From contig DBKQ01000005.1 in assembly GCA_002298545.1 (NCBI GenBank), forward strand, positions 187 through 64,186: DNA of 64,000 bases, written 5' to 3'. The DNA is from Prevotella sp. UBA746 (GTDB taxonomy: Bacteria > Bacteroidota > Bacteroidia > Bacteroidales > Bacteroidaceae). Every line of letters starts with the position of its first letter. Positions within the stretch are counted from its first letter, which is position 1. Below the pieces are notes generated by a model. The model did not search any database and was not told where the DNA came from. It saw only the letters and a list, made by a program, of their open reading frames with translations. The position numbers were made by a program, and so were the translations under genes. Below, one piece after another: positions 50,650 through 59,825 of this stretch.

Positions 50650-51084
50650 ATGACAAATATAGAAGAAATAGAAAAAAGACTGGAGCATAAAGGTGTAAAG
50701 CCTACTGCCAACCGCATTCTTGTATACAAGACGCTGGCAGGACTCGACCACCCGGTAAGTCTATCCGACATCGAGGCATTGCAACTGTCGATGGACAAGT
50801 CGAGTATTTTCAGAGTACTCACTCTATTCCACGAGCACGATGTAGTACATTCGTTTGAAGACGGGCGTGGAATACTCAACTATGAGCTTTGCCTTAGCGA
50901 CGGGGCATGCAACATGAAAGACAGTCATGTACATTTCTATTGCGAATCATGCCAAAAGTCGTTCTGTCTGGAGGATATACATATCCACGACTTGAAATTG
51001 CCAGAAGGCTTCCATGCCCACTCGCTATCGTTTGTCGTAAAAGGAGAATGCCCTGAATGTAGAAAGAAGAACCATCATTTGTAG
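50650..51084 (+). CDS. Fur family transcriptional regulator
   Basis: KPTANR, DKSSIFRVLTLF, HVHFYCESC and GECPEC motifs. Confidence 0.9.
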   Translation: MTNIEEIEKRLEHKGVKPTANRILVYKTLAGLDHPVSLSDIEALQLSMDKSSIFRVLTLFHEHDVVHSFEDGRGILNYELCLSDGACNMKDSHVHFYCESCQKSFCLEDIHIHDLKLPEGFHAHSLSFVVKGECPECRKKNHHL

Positions 51085-51159
51085 ATTCTCATTCTGACAT
51101 AAAGGGCAAACATACCTTTTATAAAACACTCAAGCCCATTTGGCTTAAAGAGAGAAATA

Positions 51160-53043
51160 TCAAGCTTTCGCCGTGTTTAAAGCCCTCATGGCATTAAGCA
51201 CGGCGATAACCGTAACACCGACATCTGCAAAAACTGCCATCCACATTGTTGCCAAGCCGAAAGCGGCAAGTATGAGAACCGCAAGTTTTACGGAAATGGC
51301 AAATGCCACATTCTGTCTTGCAATGCCGATAGTATTGCGGGCTATTCTTATTGCCAACGCTATTTTAGACGGTTTATCGTCCATCAGCACAACATCTGCG
51401 GCTTCGATTGCTGCATCTGATCCCAAGGCTCCCATAGCAATACCTACATCAGCGCGTGCCAATACAGGAGCGTCGTTAATGCCGTCGCCAACAAAAGCGA
51501 CATTACTTTTTTTATTCTCGCTATTCAGAATTTCCTCCATCCTGTCTACCTTGTCGGCAGGCAGCAACTCGGCATGACATTCGTCCACTCCAAGTTCTTT
51601 AGCAACATACTCGCCAACTTCATTCCTGTCGCCTGTAAGGATAACCGTTTTCTTTATGCCGCAATTTTTGAGACCATCAATAGCCTCCCGGGCATCAGTC
51701 TTGACAACATCCGAAACTACGATATGTCCGGCATATACGCCATCGACAGCCACATGAACGATAGTACCCACCTTATGACACTGATGCCACTCCACACCAA
51801 TACTGTCCATCAGTTTGCCGTTGCCTACAAACACTTCCCTTCCGTTAACAATAGCCTTAACTCCTTTTCCGGCAATTTCCTCTACATTCTCAACATTACA
51901 ACCGTCATCTTCATTGCCAAAAGCCTCTTTTAGCGACATCGCAATAGGATGTGTAGAGAATCTCTCCACATGGGCAGCAAGATGCAAGAGTTCGTTGTCA
52001 TTGAAATCATTGGGATGGATAGCCTCAACCTCGAATTTGCCCTTCGTCAAGGTTCCAGTCTTGTCGAATACCACAACTCCGGTTTTTGCCAACGCATCCA
52101 TATAGTTTGAACCTTTTATTAGAATACCACGCTTTGAGGCTCCACCAATACCGGCGAAGAAGGTTAGCGGCACGGAAATAACAAGAGCACAAGGGCATGA
52201 CACCACGAGGAAGGTTAGAGCCCTACCCAACCATACTGGCAGGGCTTCCATATAACTGGCATAAAAGAACGGAGGCAAGAAGGCAAGCAACAAAGCCACA
52301 TAAACAACGATTGGGGTATATACATGTGCAAACTTGGCTATGAAGGTCTCGCTCTTCGACTTGTTTTCGTTTGCATTCTCCACAAGATCAAGAATCTTGC
52401 TGACAGTAGACTCACCATAAGTTTTCTCTACCCTGACCGTTATTACTCCCGACAAGTTTACGCAACCCGACACGACCTTATCACCTTCAGCTACATCACG
52501 CGGCATTGTCTCTCCTGTAAGCGCCATAGTGTCGAGACTCGTCTTACCGCTCTCCACGACTCCGTCGAGAGGCAGTTTCTCGCCAGGTTTCACAACTACA
52601 GTCTCGCCAATCCTGACATCCTCCGGCTTAACGACAAGCGTCTCCCCGTTTCTTACCACGTTTGCCGTATCAGGACGAATCTCCATAAGATGCGAAATCG
52701 ACCTGCGACTGTTGTCTTCGGCATAATCCTCAAACAGTTCGCCAATCTGAAAGAAGAGCATAACGAACACAGCCTCAGGAAATTCCGTCTCGGCTCCAGG
52801 CAGGAAGCCAATAAGCAATGCCCCGACAGTAGCAACACACATAAGGAAGTCCTCATCGAAGACTTCCCCCTCCATAATTCCCTCTATTGCCTCTCCGATA
52901 ACATCATAGCTGATGAGCAGGAAAGGAACGAGATATACAATCAGCAGTTGCCAGACTTCAAGTTCCATGGTTTTCTCAACCACAACTGCCGCAACGAGCA
53001 ACACGGCAGTGAGAATAATTCTCAATAGTTTTTTCTTGTCCAT
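51160..53043 (-). CDS. cadA: Heavy-metal (Zn/Cd) translocating P1B-type ATPase
   Basis: TGET, SCPCAL, DKTGT, STHP, GDGINDAP and FADVG motifs; no N-terminal HMA domain. Confidence 0.9.
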   Translation of the reverse strand: MDKKKLLRIILTAVLLVAAVVVEKTMELEVWQLLIVYLVPFLLISYDVIGEAIEGIMEGEVFDEDFLMCVATVGALLIGFLPGAETEFPEAVFVMLFFQIGELFEDYAEDNSRRSISHLMEIRPDTANVVRNGETLVVKPEDVRIGETVVVKPGEKLPLDGVVESGKTSLDTMALTGETMPRDVAEGDKVVSGCVNLSGVITVRVEKTYGESTVSKILDLVENANENKSKSETFIAKFAHVYTPIVVYVALLLAFLPPFFYASYMEALPVWLGRALTFLVVSCPCALVISVPLTFFAGIGGASKRGILIKGSNYMDALAKTGVVVFDKTGTLTKGKFEVEAIHPNDFNDNELLHLAAHVERFSTHPIAMSLKEAFGNEDDGCNVENVEEIAGKGVKAIVNGREVFVGNGKLMDSIGVEWHQCHKVGTIVHVAVDGVYAGHIVVSDVVKTDAREAIDGLKNCGIKKTVILTGDRNEVGEYVAKELGVDECHAELLPADKVDRMEEILNSENKKSNVAFVGDGINDAPVLARADVGIAMGALGSDAAIEAADVVLMDDKPSKIALAIRIARNTIGIARQNVAFAISVKLAVLILAAFGLATMWMAVFADVGVTVIAVLNAMRALNTAKA

Positions 53044-53087
53044 ATATTTTATGTTTTAGTTTTCTGCCGCAAAAGTATATAGAATGT

Positions 53088-53106
53088 TTTGCAATCGGGT
53101 TGCAAA
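53088..53106. promoter_or_regulatory. Palindromic operator candidate TTTGCAA-N5-TTGCAAA upstream of cadA
   Basis: 7-5-7 inverted repeat just upstream of a TACTTTTG -7 box (53070-53077, minus strand). Confidence 0.55.
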
Positions 53107-53107
53107 C

Positions 53108-55615
53108 TTACCTCCGCTTCACCCCTCTCACAGCCTCTGCCTCAAGCGGATTCTCCGGCCAGTAGTGTTTCGGATAGCGTCGCTTCAATTCTTTCCTGAC
53201 CTCAAAATATGTGGTATTCCAGAAGCTTTCCAAGTCTTGAGTGAGTTGTACGGGCTTAAATCCCGGCGACAGCAATTCCATCAGCAACGGTTGTTTTCCA
53301 TCATTAACGCATGGCGTCTTCTCCATACCGAAACATTCCTGCAGTCTGACGCTCAATACTGGAGCAGCCGCTCCCTGTCGATAATCAATTTTTATTCTGC
53401 TTCCCGTAGGCACCATGATATGAGTTGGAGCAAGGCGGTCTATCTGTATCTGCAAATCATACGGAATCATCGCCCACAGTACATCATGCAAATTGATTTT
53501 CTTCAGTTCTGTAACATTCGACCTTATCTTCCCATTATTCTCCAGATAAAGCGGAAGCCATTCGTCGGCAGTTTCAAGAACATGACGAGTCGAGATATCC
53601 GGCAACGACAGTTCCGGATGCCATTCTGCCACTTTCATCACCCTCAGCTGTAGTCTGGAAACACTGTCATTCCAGTCGAACATGCCCAGTCCGTCTTTCT
53701 TAGCGGCATTGCAAACCACATCCACAATAGTCTTTCTGTCGATATCCGCAATAGGCGTACTGTCAACAATCAGACACCCCATACGCTTTTCCCTCTGTGC
53801 CACGACACATCCCGCCTTGCTGTTCCACGACACATTATCATGGAAATAAACAGGCAGGTCGGTTTTCTCTACCGGAGCGGCGAGGAATACCCTACCCGAT
53901 TTTCCACGGGAATACAAAGAAGCAACGGCAATCCACGGATATGCCGACATGGAGTCAGACAAATCCAACCTCACATTATCTCCATTTGCCAAGCGGAAGT
54001 TGCCTGCATCGTCAAGAGCCATGGCAACGCGCTCCGGATAGGCATTAGCCACAAGAATGCCCACGTCTGACGGCGTCACATCGGCATTCTCCTCTGCCAC
54101 TCTAACCATCCTTCGGTATTCTTGAGCAATCAAGGCAATACGTTTCCATTTGCCAAGCTGTTGGCGTTTTCTGCTCCCCCGCAACGAAGATATACGCATA
54201 GATATATCCGTATCGGCGGAATTCGCCATCGGGTCTTTTTCTTCGAGTAAAGCGGCAATGTCGCATGCCAGCGCCTTCATCCCTGTAGTTTCACAACTCA
54301 ATATCATTTTTGCTATTCGCGGATGACAAGGCATGGCTGCCATCTGTTTTCCGAGTGGCGTTGTCTTCCCGTCAGCCCCGATAGCCCCAAGAAGCAGAAG
54401 CAGTTTCTGAGCCTGCATTACTCTGCCTTTATCCGGCGGAGTGAGCCACGGCAACTGCCATATATCATTTTCGCCAAAGGCTGCAACTTCGAGAACAAGC
54501 GGAGCGAGGTCAATGTATTCAATCTCCGGGCGTCGCTGGTCTTCCATTTTGTGTTCCTCCACCTGTCGCCAAAGTCTGTAGCAGACCCCGTCTTCCAATC
54601 GTCCGGCACGTCCCGTTCGCTGTATCATCATATCACGACTGATACCAACAGTTTCGAGATGACTCAGTGCGCTATTCACATCAAAAGCCAAGCGTCGGCA
54701 TAATCCGGAGTCGACAACAATTCTGACCCCTTCAATAGTAAGCGACGTCTCGGCAATAGGAGAGGCAATTACCACCTTGCGCCTTCCGTCAGGCAGCGGC
54801 ATTATTGCCCTGTGCTGTTGCTCTGGAGAGAGATTTCCGTATAGCGGGAATACTACTGTTCCCTCCAGCGAGTTGCCAAGTAATTCCGCGCAACGCTGAA
54901 TCTCTCCCTGTCCTGGAAGGAACACGAGGATATCTCCCTTTTGCTCAGACGAAACACGCGCCACGACACGAGCGGCAATTCTTGCGGAATCGGTGAGCAG
55001 ATCATCGAATCCGTTATGTGCCTCGTCGACATATTCCACTCTAACTGGGAACATTCTCCCGCTGCACTCTATCAAAGGTGCATTCATGGCTTTGCATATT
55101 TCCGACGCATCTATTGTAGCCGACATGACTACAATTTTCAGATCATCGCGCAACAACTGTTGTGAATACCTGCACAGGGCAAGCGACAGATCTGTATTTA
55201 TGCTGCGCTCATGAAACTCGTCGAAGATTACAGTATCCACTCCGTCGAGCGTAGGGTCGGCAACGAGCATACGGGTCAGTATCCCCTCTGTAATTACCTC
55301 TATACGGGTCTGGGCTGATACTCTACTTTCAAATCTCACCCTATAACCGACGCTCTGCCCCACTCCTTCGCCAATCATTTCTGCCATACGGCATGCTATC
55401 TGTCGTGCAGCGATGCGCCTTGGCTCAAGCATAAGGATTTTGCCATTTCTCTTACTTCCGGCATTTATAGTAAGGGGAAGGAGCGTAGACTTTCCTGCTC
55501 CTGGCGGTGCGGTAACTACAACCGTAGTGTTACCCTCAAGAGTATCGTTAAGTTTGCCGCTGATATCGGCAGCAGGCAAAAAAGAATATTTTCTGATTAT
55601 CTCGTCAAATGTCAT
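53108..55615 (-). CDS. hrpB: ATP-dependent helicase HrpB
   Basis: APPGAGKST, DEFHER, MSAT, AETSLTI, QRTGRAGR and ELKRRYPKHYWP motifs. Confidence 0.95.
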   Translation of the reverse strand: MTFDEIIRKYSFLPAADISGKLNDTLEGNTTVVVTAPPGAGKSTLLPLTINAGSKRNGKILMLEPRRIAARQIACRMAEMIGEGVGQSVGYRVRFESRVSAQTRIEVITEGILTRMLVADPTLDGVDTVIFDEFHERSINTDLSLALCRYSQQLLRDDLKIVVMSATIDASEICKAMNAPLIECSGRMFPVRVEYVDEAHNGFDDLLTDSARIAARVVARVSSEQKGDILVFLPGQGEIQRCAELLGNSLEGTVVFPLYGNLSPEQQHRAIMPLPDGRRKVVIASPIAETSLTIEGVRIVVDSGLCRRLAFDVNSALSHLETVGISRDMMIQRTGRAGRLEDGVCYRLWRQVEEHKMEDQRRPEIEYIDLAPLVLEVAAFGENDIWQLPWLTPPDKGRVMQAQKLLLLLGAIGADGKTTPLGKQMAAMPCHPRIAKMILSCETTGMKALACDIAALLEEKDPMANSADTDISMRISSLRGSRKRQQLGKWKRIALIAQEYRRMVRVAEENADVTPSDVGILVANAYPERVAMALDDAGNFRLANGDNVRLDLSDSMSAYPWIAVASLYSRGKSGRVFLAAPVEKTDLPVYFHDNVSWNSKAGCVVAQREKRMGCLIVDSTPIADIDRKTIVDVVCNAAKKDGLGMFDWNDSVSRLQLRVMKVAEWHPELSLPDISTRHVLETADEWLPLYLENNGKIRSNVTELKKINLHDVLWAMIPYDLQIQIDRLAPTHIMVPTGSRIKIDYRQGAAAPVLSVRLQECFGMEKTPCVNDGKQPLLMELLSPGFKPVQLTQDLESFWNTTYFEVRKELKRRYPKHYWPENPLEAEAVRGVKRR

Positions 55616-55645
55616 GATGTTCGAATTAATAAAGACCAAGTGGTC

Positions 55646-55676
55646 TGCAAAAATACCAAATAAATTCCGAACATCA
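55646..55676. repeat. 31-bp perfect direct repeat containing a promoter -7 box (partner at 56395-56425)
   Basis: TGCAAAAATACCAAATAAATTCCGAACATCA is identical at both sites; the minus strand contains TATTTTTG. Confidence 0.92.
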
Positions 55677-55708
55677 AGAATTAAGGCTATGGATAATCGA
55701 GTAAGTCA

Positions 55709-56071
55709 TTAGAATTTCTTCAACAATTCATCAATAACTACTAAAAGTTCTGGCAAACCGTTTTTTATTGTATCATAAACGATAGCTTCATCTATATTAG
55801 CATATTCATGTGAAATAAGATTTCTCATTCCATATATAGCTTGCCATGGAATATTTTTATATTTCTCCAATGGATTATCTTGAATTTTCAAAAGTCGACC
55901 AACATGTTCTCCTATAACTTGCAGTCTCATGACACAAGCATTAAAAGCCATATAGTTTGCTGGCGACAGCAAGAAAGCATCAGCAGAATCTACATTTGCA
56001 CTCCATTCCATTATCAGAATGATAGACTCTTTAATCTCTTCAAGTTTATCATGCATAGTACTTTTATACAT
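55709..56071 (-). CDS. HepT-like (DUF86/HEPN) RNase toxin
   Basis: LQVIGE and IPWQAIYGMRNLISHEY (Rx4H) motifs. Confidence 0.9.
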   Translation of the reverse strand: MYKSTMHDKLEEIKESIILIMEWSANVDSADAFLLSPANYMAFNACVMRLQVIGEHVGRLLKIQDNPLEKYKNIPWQAIYGMRNLISHEYANIDEAIVYDTIKNGLPELLVVIDELLKKF

Positions 56072-56357
56072 ACACAGCCTCCCTATTGATATTATCCAAA
56101 AGCAAAGGCCGTAAAGAATTACGAAACCTTATCAAGTCGACCTTACAACAAAGAAGTTTTTCAAGAGCTTTATGCAGTTCAAACATAAGCAAGAGTGTAG
56201 GATTTTTTATTTCTACAACAATATCAACATCACTCTCATCTGTATTCTCCTCCCTTGCAACAGAGCCGAAAATACCAAGTTTGACAATTCCGAAACTTTC
56301 TCCTGAATGTCGCTTAAAATCTGAAAGTTTTTTCTTGCATTCTTTTAATGTTACCAT
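56064..56357 (-). CDS. MNT minimal nucleotidyltransferase antitoxin
   Basis: GIFGSVAREENTDESDVDI (GSx10DxD) and KVDL; overlaps the HEPN gene. Confidence 0.9.
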   Translation of the reverse strand: MVTLKECKKKLSDFKRHSGESFGIVKLGIFGSVAREENTDESDVDIVVEIKNPTLLLMFELHKALEKLLCCKVDLIRFRNSLRPLLLDNINREAVYV

Positions 56358-56394
56358 AACCGAAGAATTTTACCGCACAAATGTAGTGATTTAT

Positions 56395-56425
56395 TGCAAA
56401 AATACCAAATAAATTCCGAACATCA
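56395..56425. repeat. 31-bp perfect direct repeat, second copy
   Basis: Identical to 55646-55676. Confidence 0.92.
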
Positions 56426-56519
56426 TATAAAAACGCGTATCAAAAGCCGGAAACATTATTTTAACGTCCCTGTTTCTGATACGCCAACGAGTTCTATAAA
56501 AGTTATGATAAAGTATATT

Positions 56520-57818
56520 CTATTTTTCTCTCAAGAACCGATATCCGAACCTTTCGTAGGCGGCGCGCTCCAGCTCTTCGCGAAATTCCGGTGCTGCGAT
56601 GCGTATCAGTTCATGGGCACGCTGTGCGAGGTCCTTGCCTTTCAGAAAGGCAGCTCCATATTCCGTAACGACATACTGTGTCTGGAAACGCGTCGTAACC
56701 ACTCCTGCGCCTTCGGTCAATACGGGTTTTATCTTTGATATTCCCTTGCCCGACGTGGCTGTCATGGCTATGAAAGTCTTTCCGCCTTCCGACAAAGCTC
56801 CGCCATACATAAAGTCGTGCTGTCCGCCAACGCCCGAGAAGAGCCGTGTTCCGATGGAGTCGGCACACACCTGTCCGGTCAAGTCCACTTCGATAGCCGA
56901 GTTTATCGACATCACCTTTGGGTTCTGACGTATGCGGAACGGATCGTTAGTCCATGCCACATCCTTGAAAATCATGTCCTCGTTATAGTCCATATACTCA
57001 TAAAGCGCCTTCGACCCGAGGGCGAGCGAGGCAACACTTTTTCCCGGCATCACCACCTTCTGCGAATTGTTTATCACTCCGCTCTTTATCAGCGGCAACA
57101 CGCCGTCGGTCATTGCCTCCGTGTGCAGTCCCAGGTTCTTGTGGTCGCGCAGTCCGTTGAGCACGGCATTAGGTATTCCGCCCACACCAATCTGCAGCGT
57201 TGCCCCGTCGGGGATAAGTTCGGCAATATACTGTCCGATTTTCTTCTCCCTCTCGTTGGGCACCGCCGTAGGCACCTCCACCAGTGGGTCGTCCACTTCC
57301 ACACAGGCATCGATGTCATCGATGTGTATAAGCGGGTCGCCGTAAGAGAACGGCATCTGTTTGTTCACCTGTGCGATGATAGTCTTTGAACATTCCGCCG
57401 CACTGAAGGCAAGGTCTGCCGACACTCCATAACTGCAATATCCGTCTTTGTTTGGCGGCGAAACATTGAGCAGCGTTACGTCGAGCGGCAGATAGCCCTC
57501 GCGGAAGAGAGCCGGCACCTCACCGAGGAAACACGGAATAATCTGTGCCTCGCCACGGTCTACTGCCTTGCGGATGCTGTTTGCGATAAACAGGCTGCGC
57601 GGTATGAAGTTGTCGCGCAGTTCCGTCGTGGCATACGGGGCATCCCTTCTGCCCACGGCAAAGGCGGAATACATCTCCACGCCCTCAAGTTCCTTGCCGC
57701 GAGCCGTTATGGCATCTATCAGCACCTCCGGTATCGAGGTACTGCCCTGTATGAACACGCGGTCGTGACTCTTTATCAGTTTTGCTGCCTCTGCGGCAGA
57801 AACATAGTTTGGTTTCAT
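56520..57818 (-). CDS. Acetyl-CoA hydrolase/transferase family CoA-transferase
   Basis: DGATLQIGVGGIPNAV, LGLHTE, SGVGGQHDF and VVTEYG motifs. Confidence 0.9.
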   Translation of the reverse strand: MKPNYVSAAEAAKLIKSHDRVFIQGSTSIPEVLIDAITARGKELEGVEMYSAFAVGRRDAPYATTELRDNFIPRSLFIANSIRKAVDRGEAQIIPCFLGEVPALFREGYLPLDVTLLNVSPPNKDGYCSYGVSADLAFSAAECSKTIIAQVNKQMPFSYGDPLIHIDDIDACVEVDDPLVEVPTAVPNEREKKIGQYIAELIPDGATLQIGVGGIPNAVLNGLRDHKNLGLHTEAMTDGVLPLIKSGVINNSQKVVMPGKSVASLALGSKALYEYMDYNEDMIFKDVAWTNDPFRIRQNPKVMSINSAIEVDLTGQVCADSIGTRLFSGVGGQHDFMYGGALSEGGKTFIAMTATSGKGISKIKPVLTEGAGVVTTRFQTQYVVTEYGAAFLKGKDLAQRAHELIRIAAPEFREELERAAYERFGYRFLREK

Positions 57819-57841
57819 CGGTCTATAAAACTTTATTGTTT

Positions 57842-59155
57842 TTATTTCAGAGGAAAATTCCGGTTGAACACCTCCAGTCGCTCGTCGAGCAAAGGATAAT
57901 GCTCATCCCGAAGCATCGACGTGCATACACGTATTCCCTGCTGCTCGCTACCGGTAGTGCGGAGCGATATTGCCGCCACGCCATAGCGCACGAGTTCGGC
58001 AAGGAGGTCATCTCCCGAGAATCCCTTTCTGCCGATGGTGAAGAAGAATCCGTCGCTCACGTCCTGGTCAAGGTCTTTGTCGTAGACGATATGGAATCCG
58101 TGGCGCAGGAACACTTCCTTCAGCTTTGCCGCGCGACGGGCATACTCTCTGTTTTCGGTAACGAAATCCAGCTGTCCGTCGCATGCCGCCTTATACATTG
58201 CGGCAAGTGCACATTGTGCCGAATGGCATACGCCAGACGAGAGGGTATATAATATGGTATAAATAAAAGCCCTGCCGAGAGTGTCCATGCCAAGCGTCTC
58301 CTTCAGATGCGGATAAACGCGGTCGTAGAGTTTGTTGCTTATCGCCACCGTGGCCACTCGTTCTCCGGCATAGCTGAAAATCTTTGATGCCGAGAGCATG
58401 AGCATGTAATTGTCAGTGTAGCGTGCCACCGTACTCTGATATGGCGGTTCGAAAGGCTTTCCGATGTATTTGCGCGAGTCCATACCGAGATAAGCCAGGT
58501 CTTCGATAACCACGGCATCATATTTCGTGGCAAGTTCGCCGATATACTGCAGTTCCTCTTCCGTGAAGCACACCCACGACGGGTTGTTGGGGTTGGAATA
58601 CAGTATGGCGGCGATGTTTCCCTTCTCGAGATGGCGCTCCAGTTCTTCGCGCAGCTTCTCGCCGCGGTAGTTGTACACGTCGAAGGTGTCGCGCTTGTAT
58701 CCGAGCACCTTTGCCTGAAGCGGCTGCACGGAGAAGCCCGGGTTGATAAACAGTATGGTGTCTTTTTCTTGACTGAGATGCGTGGTAACGATAAACGAGG
58801 CGAAGGTGCCCATCATCGAACCCACCGTAGGCACACAGCCGTCGGGCTTAACGTCGATGTCGAGAAATGCCTTTACGAAGCGCGACGCCTCTCTTTTCAG
58901 CGGAGCTATACCGGCGATATTAGGATATTTGTTTGCCACGCCATTGTCGAGTGCCTCCTTCTGTGCCTCTATTCCTATGCGGCTTGCCTCCAGTCCCGGC
59001 GAGCCCATTTCGAGATGCACGAATTTCTGTCCGGTAATCTTCTCCAGTTCCTCAGACAGGGCTACAGTCTGTCGTATCGTAGCATTCCCCACCGACGGGA
59101 TGTGCATTTTCCCGAGCACCTCATCAACGGTTTTCTTGTCAAATGGAATATTCAT
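57842..59155 (-). CDS. PLP-dependent aminotransferase, class I/II
   Basis: SNPNNP, EDLAY and SASKIFSYAGER motifs. Confidence 0.88.
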   Translation of the reverse strand: MNIPFDKKTVDEVLGKMHIPSVGNATIRQTVALSEELEKITGQKFVHLEMGSPGLEASRIGIEAQKEALDNGVANKYPNIAGIAPLKREASRFVKAFLDIDVKPDGCVPTVGSMMGTFASFIVTTHLSQEKDTILFINPGFSVQPLQAKVLGYKRDTFDVYNYRGEKLREELERHLEKGNIAAILYSNPNNPSWVCFTEEELQYIGELATKYDAVVIEDLAYLGMDSRKYIGKPFEPPYQSTVARYTDNYMLMLSASKIFSYAGERVATVAISNKLYDRVYPHLKETLGMDTLGRAFIYTILYTLSSGVCHSAQCALAAMYKAACDGQLDFVTENREYARRAAKLKEVFLRHGFHIVYDKDLDQDVSDGFFFTIGRKGFSGDDLLAELVRYGVAAISLRTTGSEQQGIRVCTSMLRDEHYPLLDERLEVFNRNFPLK

Positions 59156-59229
59156 AAGCCTTATCCTTATTTTTATTAAGGTTTTAGAAAAAAAGCTGGA
59201 ACTTCAATTTTCCAACGTTTTTCAATCTT

Positions 59230-59811
59230 TCAATTTTTCAATCTTCCCACATCAAGTCCTGCCCGGAAAGCCTTGAGGTTCATCTCCACTATGGCGTCGC
59301 CCTTACGGGAGAACACGCTGCGTATGCCCTGCTCTATCTTCTCCACCTCGATACCGAGGAAGGGCGAGGCAGCACCGAGCAATACGATGTTTGCGCTGCG
59401 TGGGGATGCCACCTCCTTTGCAATCTTGTCTACATCGAGCGAAACATGGTGGTCGATAGCCTTGATGCTCTGCAACAGGGTGTCGAGTTCCGGATAGTTC
59501 GGGATATTTACAAACGGGGCGGTGTTGGTGATAATCCATCCCTCTTTCTTCAGATACGGCAGATAGCGCATCGCCTCCATCGGCTCGAGAGAGATGATGA
59601 GGTCTGCCTTGCCCAGCGGAATGAGGTCTGAGGCTATCGGCTCCGAACTGATGCGCAGGTTAGACTGCACGTCGCCGCCGCGCTGACTCATGCCGTGCAC
59701 CTCTGCCTGCTTGATGTAAAGGTTCTCCTTTATGGCGGCAGCTCCTATAATTGTGGCGATAGAGAGGATGCCCTGTCCTCCCACTCCCGAAAGAATGATA
59801 TCTGTATTCAT
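59230..59811 (-). CDS. iorB: Indolepyruvate:ferredoxin oxidoreductase beta subunit
   Basis: GVGGQGIL, AEVHGMSQRGG and ANIVLLGA motifs. Confidence 0.92.
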   Translation of the reverse strand: MNTDIILSGVGGQGILSIATIIGAAAIKENLYIKQAEVHGMSQRGGDVQSNLRISSEPIASDLIPLGKADLIISLEPMEAMRYLPYLKKEGWIITNTAPFVNIPNYPELDTLLQSIKAIDHHVSLDVDKIAKEVASPRSANIVLLGAASPFLGIEVEKIEQGIRSVFSRKGDAIVEMNLKAFRAGLDVGRLKN

Positions 59812-59825
59812 AAATTGCGTCCTCC

